Positions 37,499-51,461 of a stretch of 64,000 bases of DNA are shown here, piece after piece; the stretch's first letter is position 1, and the number at the start of each line of letters is the position of its first letter. The DNA comes from Podarcis melisellensis. Lineage: Eukaryota. The position numbers and the translations under genes are program-made. The stretch is from the NCBI GenBank assembly GCA_964234715.1, contig OZ174279.1; one strand, 5' to 3'. The notes below the pieces were generated by a model. It did no database searches, was not told where the DNA came from, and worked only from the letters and a program-made list of their open reading frames with translations.

Positions 37499-39357
37499 CA
37501 GTGGTACCTTGGGTTACATACTCTTCAGGCTACAGACTCAGCTAACCCAGAAATCGTACTTCGGGTTAAGAACTTTACTTCAGCGCGGGGACCCTCAAAA
37601 ACCATGGGCGCTGAAACCCATGGACATGGTGACTCGGCTGGCACCTTTTGCGCCCCCCCGACCCGCGAAGGAGCCTTTTTAAAGGCTGCGGAACAGGTGA
37701 CGGGGGGGGTGCTTTGAGTCCTCCGCTTCCCCTGCCGAGCGAAGCCGCTTGCCATTCGATGGAGAGCGCTGACTTCTTCCATTGAAAATCTGGACTTAAA
37801 AGAATAACCCGTGAGTAATTGGAACCTGGATTAAAAAGGGAGAAAAATAATTTTTTTTTAAAATTCGGAGCGAGCGGGGGGAGGTGCAAAAAAGGAAGTC
37901 AACCTCCCCCCTGTTGTAGAGGAGCTAAAGCAAAGGATTTGACAACTAAGATCGAGCGCAACCTTATTTTGATAAAGTTACTAAATTCCGCGATGGAAAA
38001 TTATAAGACTGGGCTGGAGGAGAAAAGTGGAATCTGAACTGAAATGAACCCCCCCCCCCCGAAACCCCGGGAGCGATCTGTGAGAGTGCCGGGAGAGGAG
38101 AAAGGTTTTGACAGCTGTCAAAGGAGATGTCAAGTGGAAGAGTAAAAGAGAACTTTGTTACGAGGACTTTGCTGGTTACATTTGTTATAAATTGGATATA
38201 AATTGTTTAAAATAAGGAACAATAAGTTACTTTGACTGTTGGGTGTGATCTGGAAGGAAACAGAGTTACTATAATCCCTCTAGAGGAGCTGTGGGACATT
38301 ACAAGTATTGTTGGCATGGAATTGGAAAAGGACTTTTTATCTCCTGGGAGACTGCAGAAATGGAACACTATTTTGTCTACAGAGGTCTACACACTAAAGG
38401 AGACAATAGATTTATCTATTGAAGAATGGAAGGGACTTGACGTAATGTTTTGTACATGAATAACAAAGCCTCTGCAGAGGAATTAGAAGCTTTTGGAATT
38501 AGAACATTTGTGCAGTAGAGCAGGGGGGGGGGAAGGAAGAGAGAGATCAACAAGAATAACAAGAACAACAAGAATTGGACATTTGGGACATTCAGATCTG
38601 AAAGGTCTAAAGAAATAAAAAATGGAGTTTTTACTCTTAAATACAAAGATCTGGATGGAAAAAATGGACATTTTTGAATTAGACTCCTTCCAAGATTGGA
38701 CATTTGATACTAAAGATGATTAAAAAGACGTCAAAGATTATTAAAAAGACGGCAAAGTGGATTGGTGAAGAACTATGGTTTAGATCTGGGAGCTCCAGGA
38801 GGACGGCAGACATTGATGGACATTGGGAACGCAACCGGGAAAGGGGGGGAGGGAAATTTGGAATCCAAAGGGTGTTAAATTATATTTTATTCTTTTTCTA
38901 TCTTTTTTTGATTCTAATCTGTACTGTATATTAAAGAGGGGAACTCGTGGAAGGGACTAAGTCGATTTTAGGGGATGGGAAAAAATCTTGTCTTTAAATT
39001 GGGTTAATGATAATAAGTTTAAAATTTGGGGTAAGAACTTGTTGAATCTATGTGAAAGAAGTGGAATACAAGAGGGGGAGGGGAGGGGAAGTCCTGGAAA
39101 GATGTTCATGAAATTAAGGTTTTGATTGTGGATGCTTTTTTTTTCCTTTTCTTTTTCTGTTGTATTTGAAAATCTTTAATAAATATTATTTTTTAAAAAA
39201 AAGAACTTTACTTCAGGATGAGAACAGAAATCGTGCTCCGGCGGTGCGGCGGCAGCGGGAGGCCCCATTAGCTAAAGGGGTGCTTCAGGTTAAGAACAGT
39301 TTCAGGTTAAGTACGGACCCCCAGAACGAATTAAGTACTTAACCCGAGGTACCACTG
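37499..39357 (+). mobile_element. Tc1/mariner MITE family A, split by a 1.6-kb insertion
   Basis: Left part 37499-37583 and right part 39201-39357 rejoin into one complete MITE with a TA TSD. Confidence 0.9.
37584..39200 (+). mobile_element. Non-autonomous non-LTR retroelement, probably L1-mobilised
   Basis: 16-bp TSD AAGAACTTTACTTCAG at 37568-37583 and 39201-39216. TT/AAGA target site, CpG-rich 5' end, AATAAA at 39178-39183 followed by an A-rich tail. No RT-like ORF. Confidence 0.8.
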
Positions 39358-39812
39358 TATTCAAAATCCTGTAATAAGTCAAGATTGAAGCAATATCATG
39401 CTCCCCCTGCCACAATTATCATTTTTTCATATTTTTTAAAAATGTTACTTTTAATACGTATATTCTACACATTTTTTTATTTCCAGGAAAGATATTATTT
39501 TTAAGAGGATGGTGGCAATTAGTATTCCACTGGGGATTAGAGAGGCCAGATGCAAAGAAAGACAGGACTCTCCATGCCACCTTTAATAGCAGAATTCCAG
39601 CAGATGCAGCTTAATGCTCAGAGGTGAGAAGAGCTGTGCTACCAAAATTTCTCCTCTCTATACAACTACTAAAGGTACAGGAGTCTTCTTCTTTTGCATT
39701 TGGGCATCCTAGTGAGGATTGTGGTGCTTATGTGGTTTCTAGATTAACCTGACAGCAGCTTGCAAAAAGTAACTTTTTTATTTTCCAATGCTTCCATTAT
39801 AACTTTGCTGGA

Positions 39813-40088
39813 NNNNNNNNNNNNNNNNNNNNNNNNNNNNNNNNNNNNNNNNNNNNNNNNNNNNNNNNNNNNNNNNNNNNNNNNNNNNNNNNNNNNNNNN
39901 NNNNNNNNNNNNNNNNNNNNNNNNNNNNNNNNNNNNNNNNNNNNNNNNNNNNNNNNNNNNNNNNNNNNNNNNNNNNNNNNNNNNNNNNNNNNNNNNNNNN
40001 NNNNNNNNNNNNNNNNNNNNNNNNNNNNNNNNNNNNNNNNNNNNNNNNNNNNNNNNNNNNNNNNNNNNNNNNNNNNNNNNNNNNNNNN
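39813..40088. other. Assembly gap (N run)
   Basis: Ns; falls where the Bov-B 3' tail is expected. Confidence 1.
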
Positions 40089-40515
40089 ACTCTTCGTGAC
40101 CCCATGGACCAGAGCATGCCAGGCACTCCTGTCTTCCATTGCCTCCCACAGTTTGGTCAAACTCATGTTTGTAGTTTCAAGAAAACTGTCCAACCATCTC
40201 GTCCTCTGTCGTCCCCTTCTCCTTGTGCCCTCCATCTTTCCCAACATCAGGGTCTTTTCCAGGGAGTCTTCTCTTCTTATGAGGTGGCCAAAGTATTGGA
40301 GCCTCAGCTTCAGGATCTGTCCTTCCAGTGAGCACTCAGGGCTGATTTCCTTCAGAATGAATTGGTTTGATCTTCTTCAAAAGCATCAATTCTTCGACGA
40401 TCAGCCTTCTTTATGGTCCAGCTCTCACTTCCATACATCACTACTGGGAAAACCATAGCTTGAACTATACGGACCTTTGTTGGCAAGGTGATGTCTCCTC
40501 TTTTTAAGATGCTGT
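40089..40515 (-). mobile_element. Bov-B (RTE) LINE 3' fragment running into an assembly gap
   Basis: Reverse complement of the same Bov-B ORF tail (MLGKMEGTRRRGRQRTRWLD). Confidence 0.9.
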
Positions 40516-41814
40516 ACCTAATGTCAATTTAAACAAGAGGCTTACTTTTAATTTAACAATGGTATATCTCTATCTTCTACATAATGGTGGTTAAGAGACA
40601 GGGCTGGCTCATGCATGAGTCAAGGTGAGGTGACTCCCTCAGGCCCAGGATCCAGAGGGCCAACAGATCCAGCCTCCAATAGATGAATTGCCTGCTGCTG
40701 CTGCCGCTACTGCCACTGCAATAGCTTTGGTGTGCTCCTTGGAGGTTGGATCTGCCACATCTTTGGCAGCCCCCTCCCCCCATGCCACCTCTATAGCAGC
40801 TTCTTGGCAAATAGGAGGTTCTGCTGGTCTCCCACCCCTAGAGAAGAAATGGTGGAAGGCTGCCGCTTGGGGTCTTCTGGGCTCTGCATCCACCTGGCAT
40901 GATTCAGAGCAGGCCCCTTTCCCACCACAATGGTCTTTGATTCCCACTTCAACCATTGGGTAATGTTGACGTGATTCCCCTTCCCCTTGTTTCTTCACTC
41001 ACCCTCTTGTTCCCAATGTAGATCTTTATTCTTCCCCATGTTCACTTACTCCTTCCTTGGCAGGGGGAAAGCACCATTTTGTGGTTTGCCTCAGGTGCCA
41101 AAATGTATTGGACTCACTCTAGTAAGGGGTAGTACATACACGCTCAACTCTTGACAGCTATACTCATTGGCTTGGATCTGTCAATAGGCGACTAACATGG
41201 CAGACTGAGCCTTTGTATCGTCTCAGATAACACTTGGTAGTGTAGTCAGCGCACACATCCAACTTCCAGTCATCACGCATATGGTACTCAAGTGCACATC
41301 TGCACCAAGTCTAAAAGTAAGGCTAAGCAATGCAGTGCTTTAGTGCACGTCCTTCCTAGCAGTGCAGGAGAAGGAATTTAAAAGATTTCCCAATGCTAAC
41401 ACTATGAAGCTAGGCTGTAGAGCCTACGAGGGTCCTGCAGTCACCTGTGTGGACATTGTTTCTAAACTATGTGGACTGCAGGGATCAGGTGTGTGGGAAG
41501 ACATATGCCACACAACATACTACAAAGCCCTAAATGCCCTACCTGCCAAGTTTAATAAGTACAGCATTTAACTTACTAATTTCATACTGTAGCCATGCCC
41601 ATACAAGAGTTTCTAACTTCACTGGTTCAGTAAATTAGTGCTAATCCAGAAATACAGTGAAGTAATGTTTGCAAATTGTGTGGGGTTTTCCACACTGACA
41701 TTAGTCCCATCAACTGCTGTGCTGGACTAGTGGGAATTAATATGGGCACAGCTATTGTTTAAGTAGTGTGTCTGGATACCAGCTAAAAGCTGATCTGTGC
41801 ATGCAGCAGGATCA

Positions 41815-42005
41815 GGGATGAATCTACACACCGGGGGGCGGGGGGGACACACTATTAAAAATTCAGAAATTAAATTGTTATAACAAAATAAAAAAACGCT
41901 ATGTAAAAATCACATCAATATTTTTTTTGCTCTCCACCGCCATCTGGTGTTGCATGTTTATAACACACTCAAAATGTTGTTTGTTGACTAATGTAGCTGA
42001 GTCCC
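41815..42005. mobile_element. About 190-bp interspersed repeat (possibly a PIF/Harbinger-type MITE) with a CTCF-like motif; relatives at about 37182-37356 and 63054-63241
   Basis: Imperfect inverted ends GGGATGAATCTACAC..GTAGCTGAGTCCC. Colinear similarity among three copies. Confidence 0.6.
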
Positions 42006-45000
42006 AGGTCATATAGTTTCCACCCACCTAGACTATACTATTGTGGTGGGAATATCTCTGTATATAGAAAGCTAGGGCACCAGGGAGAAGGCCAGCCTAG
42101 AACTATGCTCCATGATATGCTAGTTTTCTGTGTTCAGGATGTTGGACATTGGTGGTTCGTTTTTTGTGGGGAAGCACTCAAATATGCAATTGCTACCTGC
42201 ACTTTGAATAGCACAGTCCATTCACCACGTGATTCTGCTGCATGTGAAAATCAAGTATCAAACCCCTTTTGCTAAAAAGTCACACTTCATCTGACAGTAC
42301 CGGTGCTTGAAAAGTTAGTTTTAAACAGGAGAGTGTTATAGTTCTAGTTCACCTTGTCCAAAAAGGAACACCTGTGACTCTTCACCAGCCTGACTCGTGT
42401 CTGCATCTTGGCCTCCCTTATTCCACTCTCCTGCTTCAGCTTCTGCCCCTGATTCTGGACTTCTCTCTGCCACAGACTCTCCCAGCTCACTAAGCCATGT
42501 TACCCCTTCAACTTCTGGTACCTCCTCCTCCCAGTCTTCTCTCTCTTCTCCCTCTGACCTCTCATGGTTGCCCCACCACCAATCCCCAAGCTCTGAGCCT
42601 TCTTCCCTTGGGGGTTCCCCACTGGGTTACTCTCACCATTCCTCCTTTTCATTCTAAGCACTGGACAATATCATCTGCATTCAAGTATAAGAGATTTGTA
42701 CTTGAATACTTAATCAGGTTTCATAGTTCAAGTTACACAAGCCCTGCTCCACACACCCCTCAAGTGCTTTTGCCCAAGTGGAGGATGGAGAGTTTAAGTG
42801 TGTAGAAACCACTGGTGCCTGCATGGCTGGTTAGTGGCCTGTTATGGAAGTAAAAGTAACAGTCGCCTCCACTGTTCCATCCACATTTGCCTCTGGCTGC
42901 CATGCCCACCATTGGCATGTGGTGCCCAGAAAAGATGCCCACAAGGAAACGCAGCCCACAGGCTGAAAAAGGTCGCCCACCTTTGCTCTAAACCACCTTC
43001 CTTAACCAATGCCAACACGTGGATATTGAAACCAGGGGTCCACAGAGCTTAAACTCAGTTATCACATGCATTTCAGACAAGGGCATCTGTTAAACTTCCA
43101 TTTATTTGGTATAAATGATGGGGAAATGGGGAAGAGTTTAGGAAAAGTCAGGAAGCAGGGGTGGATATAGAACAGCATGAACGGTTCCCTCACACTGAGC
43201 TGAAGGGGGCACTGCAACCAGGATGTTGTGCATGTGCCGAGCATAAGGCAATAGGCGGGGAGGGCATCGAATTTTATCCTCACACAGGGTGCCACTGAAA
43301 TTTGAAAGAAGGCTGAGGTTGAACCAGTTCTCCAGTTGGAGGTCCTGTCTCACTTATTATTTTGAGAACAAAGGCTACACAATAAAATTGGATCGGTTTT
43401 ATATAAGTTCAACACATGCTGCCCCCTCCCCTCAAAGAATCCTAAGAATTGTTGTTGGATTCTGACAGAAGTACAATTTCCACAGGTTCGTTTGAAGAAG
43501 GGTTAATGATAAACCAGTTTTAAGTCTCCAGTGTAGATTTATTAGCCTTCCCATTAAGTCTCTGTTAGTTCCCTCCTCGCTAATAGATGGTACCTATTCT
43601 TGCCAATTCATGTTAGCACAGCAAAATGGCTGGGCAGTGCATGCCAAAACCCCTTTGTGCAGGTTGGGGTGTGTGTGTGTGGATTGGGCAGAGGTGTCCT
43701 CAGAGTTTCCACCTGCAAAGTGACGCCGGTGTCACTCTGCTAGCCTGGAGATTCCAGTGGGATCCCTACTGGCAGCAGCCCACAGAAAACCCGCAAACAG
43801 GTGCAGGAGGGGGTTGCAGCAGCCCAGAGTGCGCTGGATCCTGAGCTGGCCCCACTGGCATTGTGAGATGTCATTGGGCCTGATCTGGGTCTGGTCATTG
43901 CACCAGCTCCATGCTCCACCCCACCCACCGGCACCCTCCACCCCAACCAGCATGATTGGCAGGGCTATGGACACAGTGGTGCCCTCCCTGCTCTCTGGCC
44001 AGGGTTTAGGCTGCAGCTTTAGCCTTGTCGTACAAAAGTATAGATTTAACACAAGTAGTAAAAAACCAGATATATCATATAACTTAATGCTACTTCACCA
44101 GTACTGACACAGTTGTTAATCCAATTTAAGAATGCGAGAAGAGACCTTTTGTACAGTTGTAGTCACAGCCCCTTTTCATTGTAGCTATGGAACACCACTT
44201 CATATTCCTTGGACAGCAGCTGGTGTCAATTTAATTTACACTCAGCCTGTTCCACTTTTCTAATTGCACAAGGGATTAACTAGACAACTTCACAAAAAGA
44301 TTACAGTTTGATGAAGAGGTCTTTCATGTGGCTGCAGGTGTTCCTTTTCAACGGCACACTAGCAGGTCTCTCTTTTTTGAAACAGCAACAACCCAAGTGC
44401 GTGCACATTCAGACTTTATTGATCTCAATGCTAAGCAACACCGAAGCTCTTCTTTATCTACAGTTTCCCTTCCTACCTCTACTCTTTTTCAATCGGCAAT
44501 TTTAATGTTCACAAGCAGTAGTGGTGCCAGGTGAATTGATGTGGGGGAAATGATATTTCTCACTACCACAGCCACCACCTCTATCCAACTAATGCTACTC
44601 AGTGCTCCCTGCATAGCTGGCACTTTGATTTAATTCTTAGCTGTCTACAGCAAGCCAGGACCCACAGCTTCGCTTCTACCTCCCTGCATGATTACAAACA
44701 ATGGATAGCAGAGTTTTTTTCATTATTGCTGTTAGGTCATGACGCTTAACATTCTATATTGGTGCAACTGACTTTCTGGAGGTCTAGGCTGCTTGAAATA
44801 TCTCTTAAGATCCCATGCCTGTGGTCCACTGCTGTGTCCCGTTCTTACAGGGCTAGTGAAAGTTGGCAGTGTTTTGTTTTTTGTTTTGCTCTGACGCTAG
44901 AAGTTGGTTTTGCCAGCTGGCTTTTCCCTTTCCATTGAGGCAGCATCAGCAGTCAGTTATAGCCCTTAAACTTCATTTCTTTCTTGTGCAGTGGACTTCC

Positions 45001-45012
45001 TTAGGGTGGCAA

Positions 45013-45378
45013 GGAGCAGGGTGGTGCTGTGGGTTAAACCACAGAGCCTAGGACTTGCCGATCAGAAGGTCGGCAGTTCAAATCCCCATGACGAGGTGAG
45101 CTCCTGTTGCTCGGTCCCTGCTCATGCCAACCTAGCAGTTTGAAAGCATGTCAGAGTGCAAGTAGATAAATAGGTACCGCTCCGGCGGGAAGGTAAACAG
45201 CGTTTCCGTGCGCTGCTCTGGTTCGCCAGAAGCGGCTTAGTCATGCTGGCCACATGACCCGGAAGCTGTCTGCGGACAAATGCAGGCTCCCTCGGCCTAT
45301 AGAGCGAGATGAGCGCGCAACCCCAGAGTTGGTCACGACTGGACCTAATGGTCAGGGGTCCCTTTACCTTTACCTTTA
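45013..45378 (+). mobile_element. Sauria SINE
   Basis: Full body with (CCTTTA)n tail. Confidence 0.9.
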
Positions 45379-47516
45379 TACCCCATTCAAAGGGCTTCTT
45401 GTTAGCAGACTTCCCCCTCACCTGCCACCACCAATTCTTTACTTCCTATAGCATCTACAATGTGTTTTACAGAGTAGCATAAACAGAAGGGAGGGGCACT
45501 GAGGTGTCTGCAGTCTAATATTTCACAATGGGGTGACAAGGGTGGGGTGGGGATTTGAAAATATCAGGGCTAAGGGGAGCAATATGCCCAAATTCATTTG
45601 ACTTGGAGTGAAATATTAGACCACAGTTAGATGGAGCATCATCCAGAGAAGCAGTTTGTCTCCTAGCTTGTGTTGACTTTTACAATTGTCATTGAAGTTG
45701 AGTTAGGCTGTCCAAAGCACAGTATGCTCCACAGGCAATGATTATTGCATGAGTATCCTGGCTGGATGTTTATACTGCTTACCCCAGGGTCCCTAACTTT
45801 TTGGAGCCCAGGGGACACATACACAAATCTAAGAAACTGACGTGGACACCAGAATATACCCATTTCACAGAAGAAAAGCTGGTGCTGCTCAGTCATAAAA
45901 AAGAGAAATCAAGCAAAACACAAGTATCTCAGACCAAATGAAACATTTAAAAAAAAAATCAGGCAACACCCAACAATGACACACACACACCCCTGCCAAA
46001 AAAAACCAAACCCATGAAAAATAAAAAATATTGGGCAGGGGCCTTGGTGAGCACCAAGGTGTGTGTGTGAAGGCACTATGGTGCCCGTGGGTGCCACGTT
46101 GGAGACACTAGGATCACTCAATTAGACCATACACAGTCCTATGCAAGCCCCTCCCCCCTCCTTTAATCGCAACCATTTAGTACCAGTCATCTGCAGTTAT
46201 GACCCTTCTTGAAAGAAATATGAATCGGTAGCGGCCAATCTGGTGAGATGGAGCCCATGCAGCCCTGATCTCACACTGCCTCCCTAGTGTGAATTGCCTG
46301 GTTAGTTTTCTGCTGCAGTTCTCAAGTTGGATCAAAGCTGGCTTGGGGAAAATGCATCAAACGGCAGTATTTCACGAGAAACCACAGGCTATCTTCATTC
46401 TGGGTAATGTATGTACACAGATGCAAAAACCAGTGGTGGGAGCACATTGCAACCAGAGCAAATGGTAATTGGATGCAGACTTGTATAGGATTGCATTGTT
46501 TTTAAAAAAGGAAAAGTACCCTTTAGATAGAGATCTAAAAATAAGCAAAACCCTGGCATCAACACCTTGAAGAGGGGATTAACTCAGTTAACTTTTATTT
46601 CTTTCTCACTCTCAAGGCTTCCAAAAGAACAAATGACCACCTCTCAATATTTGTGTTCCAAAGCTTTCAGCATAATCTGTGAAGATTAATCCTATCAGAA
46701 GTTGCCTCAAGCTCAGCAAGTGCTGTATAAAAAGCTCCCTTTGCTCTCAGAATATTTAATCATATGGCAACAGAGAATATAAGGTCAGTCAACCTTTCCC
46801 CACATCTTAAACTTATCTGTTCTTCTGAAATGACAGTATATTAAACTTGATCTAAACTTCCAGATTATTCAGCAAGAAGCCCAGGTAAAGTTTTGAAAGA
46901 ACCGCCAAGAAAACTTATTGGCCTAGTAATTACTAGGGTAGCTTTAGTCTTATTTTGTTTATTTATGGTATTTGTACCTCACTCTTCATCCAAAAAGGAT
47001 CCCAGAGTGGGTTACATAAAATCAAAACAAAACATTTTGCCTTTCGAAAAAAATAAACCAAGAATTGACTCATAATACTCATCTTCAAAATATTGCAGAA
47101 TCTCACCACAAGTAAGCAGCTTTTTCCTTTTTCTTTTTTAGTACAGGTGCTAAATTTATGCAACAAAGTGTCCGAACATAAAAGAGGGCTATCACAGATT
47201 AAGGAGCCGTTTACCGCATTAGATTCAATGGCACATTTGCATCCGCCAGCAAATACTTCCTTTGGTTTCAAGGTTCTGAAAATTGAGGTGCACATTAAAT
47301 TTGATGGCACATTAGGCTTGAGTGAATACGGTATTTTTATTAGGTCATTCTGAATCCCCAAAGGTTCTGATAAATGAAAACTGAGGCTTGATATTTGTAA
47401 GCGTCTGCTCACTGTCTGTTCTTTAATTAACAACTTTCCCACAGCATTCCCAGTCAACAAAGTGTAGATATTCTCTAACATGCACCAATAACTCCTCTAA
47501 AAGTAGAATTTGCCAA

Positions 47517-47831
47517 GCTCGGGGGGAGCGCTCAACTCACTTTACTGGCCAAGGAAGCCGGTGTTTGTCTGCAGACAGCTTCCGGGTCATGTGGCCAGCA
47601 TGACTAAGCCGCTTCTGGCAAACCAGAACAGTGCACGGAAATGCCGTTTACCTTCCCGCCGGAGTGGTACCTATTTATCTACTTGCACTTTGATGTGCTT
47701 TTGAACTGCTAAGCTGGCAGGAGCTGGGACCGAGCATCAGAAGCTCACCCCTTTGTGGGGATTCCAACCGCTAGCCTTCTGATCGGCAAGCCCTAGGCTC
47801 TGTGGTTTAGACCGCAGCCCCACCCGCACCC
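47517..47831 (-). mobile_element. Sauria SINE, 3' end missing
   Basis: Body and head match the other copies in reverse orientation. Confidence 0.85.
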
Positions 47832-48441
47832 TCTGGTTATAGAGTGGTATATAAATTCTGTAAATAATAAATAAAATAATAAAATAAAATAAAGAGCTAT
47901 TCAGAGGATTTAAGTAATACGACATACATTTAAAAGGAGAGGAATCTCCATTAATCATGCCCATGATTTGGGAAACTGTTGGAATTCTAGTTCAAACCAT
48001 AATGGCTGAAACCCTTTGGTGTTTTGTTATGTTTATTTACAATGACCCTCATTGCATAATTGACTTTTTCCAAAACTTCCTTCTCGCTTTGCATAATATG
48101 GCATGATTAGCCAATTCATGTATTTTAACAGCTGCATGTGTTTTGGCTGCAACGTGGGGCTCAAACCCACATCCCTGAGATTAAGTCTCATGCTCTACCG
48201 AAGGAACCTCTTATATGTATGTTATACCCAGTTTACAGTCTCTTACACAGTATGATATGCAGGGACAAGAAGGAAGCATGTGTTAAATCAAATTGGTTAA
48301 ATCAAACAGAGATGCCCAGGTGTAACAAAAACTTTAGGCAAAAGTCCCTCTTCCCTTTTTTCATGGAGTAGTTACTAGAGGTCTTGGTTAACAGTTTTGT
48401 TTAAGAAATCGAACACATAACCCATATTTTAACAATTATAG

Positions 48442-48648
48442 CAGAGTTTTTCAAACTTTTCATATTGAGGACACACTTTTTAGACACGTATCATTTCGCG
48501 ACACAGTAATTCAGTTTTACTAGCAAACCGGGAGGGCTGCCCGCTCCCTTTGCAGCCTCGGGGGGAGCACAGGGAGCGTTCGTGCGACACACCTACACAT
48601 TGCAGCCAAAACACTAACATGTCACGACACACTGTTTGGAAAGTTCTG
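48442..48648. mobile_element. hAT-type MITE
   Basis: TIR CAGAGTTTTTCAAAC/GTTTGGAAAGTTCTG; TSD AATTATAG/AATTACAG. Confidence 0.78.
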
Positions 48649-49831
48649 AATTACAGCCTTTATACCTGTCTAGTGTGATGGATGTGGCTGGGTTTTCAGA
48701 GGTGAAAGTCAGGTCAGGTTCATCAGTCACCTTTAACTGGTTTTTTTTTGGGGGGGGCAGAATCAGTGTGCTATGTTATGAAAATTATGGGGCCAAGTCT
48801 GAGCCCTTGATGACCTGTCTGATAACCCAGCCCTGCCCAAAACGGCCTCAATATCTGTCAATGGGGAAAAATTAACCAAGTGCAAATGTTCTCAGCTGCT
48901 CTCCAGCCTTTCAGCAGTCCACCTGAATGGAGCTTGTGGAGCACAATTTGGGAGCCTCCAGTTTAAAGCTTGTTCTTCTGTTTTAAAAAAACAAGCCTGC
49001 AAGCTCTGAAATAGGATACGGGCAAATATTCTTGCTGACCTACATTTAAACACACATTGCCTTTGGTTTATTTGCTCGAACAAGATTATTTCAAGTGCAG
49101 CTAGAAGTAAGAGGAAGGTCAGTCTGAGCATTAAATAAAACCTAGTGCAGTGATTTGATTAGTAGCAATTTACCATCTGGAAGGAAGGACATTTTAAAGG
49201 CAGCTGCATTTGGAGACAAAACTTCAGGTCATTTTTGTTTTTCGTTTTTAAATTAGAGAAACTATATTACCTGTCAGGAAAACAAAACACTTGAGTAATC
49301 CTTTCGGTTACGTGTACGAAATCCTCAGGATTAGCCACCCCACCTGACACATCAGGAGCAGGGAGGGAGAAAAGTTGGCTGATTCCCATATGCTGATATG
49401 CAGCTGGCAATAGCTGATGAAACAAAACAAAAACTCAAATAGTTTTTTTGTGCGTGTCGTGTCGCCCAAATCTCATTATGAACACGGAAGGATGAAATTA
49501 TCGTGTTAGTTTGTGGCAGGGGCAGGAGGGGAATTTATCTTTGATTTTAGTCAGAGATCACCCCTCCCCACCCTCCAGCTTTGTCTTAATGCGCTGTATA
49601 AACATAACATTCCAAGAAAGATATTGGGAATGCTTTGCAAACACGAATTAAACCTTGGGGTGGATGGGTGGGAAATCTTATCCCCTTGTTGTGATTAAGT
49701 AAACAGAATCACAATTAGATTAAGGAGCCTTCAAAGTCGTACACAGGTGGCTCTCAACTTATACTGGGGTTACCTTCCGGAGATGGCACCCGGAGCCAAA
49801 ATTGTGTACAGTCAAAGTGCATTGGGTTCAG

Positions 49832-50089
49832 TGGCAGCCCGGACACTGAGACCCAGCGCCGAGAGCCTTCTGGCAGTTCCCTCATTGCGAGAAGTGAGGT
49901 TACAGGGAACCAGACAGAGGGCCTTCTCAGTAGTGGAATGCCCTCCCATCAGATGTCAAGGAAATAAGCAGCTATCCTATTTTTAAAAGACATCTGAAAG
50001 CAGCCCTGTTTAGGGAAGTTTTTAATATTTAATGCTTTATTGTTTTTAACACTTGATTGGGAGCCACCCAGAGTGGCTGGGAAAACTCA
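49832..50089 (+). mobile_element. L2-like LINE 3' fragment
   Basis: AGGGCCTTCTC..GTGGAATGCCCTCCCATCAGATGTCAAGGA..GCAGCCCTG, also present at about 53355-53560. Confidence 0.65.
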
Positions 50090-50250
50090 NNNNNNNNNNN
50101 NNNNNNNNNNNNNNNNNNNNNNNNNNNNNNNNNNNNNNNNNNNNNNNNNNNNNNNNNNNNNNNNNNNNNNNNNNNNNNNNNNNNNNNNNNNNNNNNNNNN
50201 NNNNNNNNNNNNNNNNNNNNNNNNNNNNNNNNNNNNNNNNNNNNNNNNNN
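50090..50250. other. Assembly gap (N run)
   Basis: Ns; falls where the L2-like 3' tail is expected. Confidence 1.
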
Positions 50251-51236
50251 TCCTCCAGGTACCTTCCCCCTTTTCCAATTTCTTTTGCCAAGTGCAAAAA
50301 GCTGAATGTGCGCAAGTTAAATGCCCACAAGGTGCAAATTACCTGTAGTGAAGTACTGATCAGTTTTAAAATAGACTAAATTCCTGTTTTATTATTCAGA
50401 TTTTTGTGGGGAAGGAGGCATGTTTCATAATTTTTAAATTGAGGGCTTGAAATGATATTGTTGATGGTTTATCCCTTCTCAGTAGTTTGTCCAGACTGTA
50501 AATATGCTGCATAGAAGTCTGGACAAGCTATTAAATTACAAGGCCTAGCCTGGTAGGTTTTGACAGCAGTGGGGTGTGACTTACCCCCTATTCCCTGCAT
50601 GCACAATTTGTGACCTACAGAAAATGAACGGAATCACCACCCAATGAATTTCATGGCTCAATATCATCTCTCTCCCCACCCCCTTTGTAGTTTCTAGAAA
50701 GTTTTTAGAACTCCATACACGTCGAGCAGACTTTTCTTATTTTCAGGTCCAGAGCACAAGAAATACTTGTCCCCCCTTCCCCCCCCCCGGTACTTGTGTT
50801 AGAAGAGATGTATTATTTAAATAGTGGTGAAACTGAGGTTTGCATAATCGAGAGATTTCGGTGCAGTTCACAAATTGTGGATTCTTTTGCACACTTCTTT
50901 CATCACAAGCAATGCTTCCCAGAAGTTGCTGGTTGTAATCAGGGTGTCTGTAATGAGCTTACGAACAGATAAGAACCTAGATACAGCAGCCTTCTACCAG
51001 AGCCAATCTTATAAGCAAATTAAAATCACACTGCCCTTCTTGGTGTAAAACGAGGCATGTGGTTGCCTTGGTGTTAAAAGTGGAGCTCCTTGCCCTCTAT
51101 TATTTCTGCACAGGCTTCTGTCTCATGGATGCTGCTGTTATAAAGTCAGTAATTGTTTCTGGAAGGAGGTCTCAGTAGTCTCCTTAGATGTGGCAGGCAA
51201 ACAGTTTCCTGTGAATCCTCTGTGGATGCTGAAAAT

Positions 51237-51461
51237 GGTGGTACCTCGGGTTGAGTACTTAATTCGTTCCGGAGGTCCATTCTTAACCTGAAACTGTTCT
51301 TAACCTGAAGCACCACTTTAGCTAATGGGGCCTCCTGCTGCCGCCATGCCGCCAGAGCACGATTTCTGTTCTCATCCTGAAGCAAAGTTCTTAACCTGAA
51401 GGACTATTTCTGGGTTAGCGGAGTCTGTAACCTGAAGCGTATGTAACCCAAGGTACCACTG
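51237..51461 (-). mobile_element. Tc1/mariner MITE, family A
   Basis: Reverse-orientation copy; one TIR end degenerate, the other GGTACCACTG|TA. Confidence 0.88.

Noticed and set aside
39744-40458. Long ORFs containing X runs (also 50040-50379)
   Set aside because: Artefacts of translating through N gaps plus LINE fragments.
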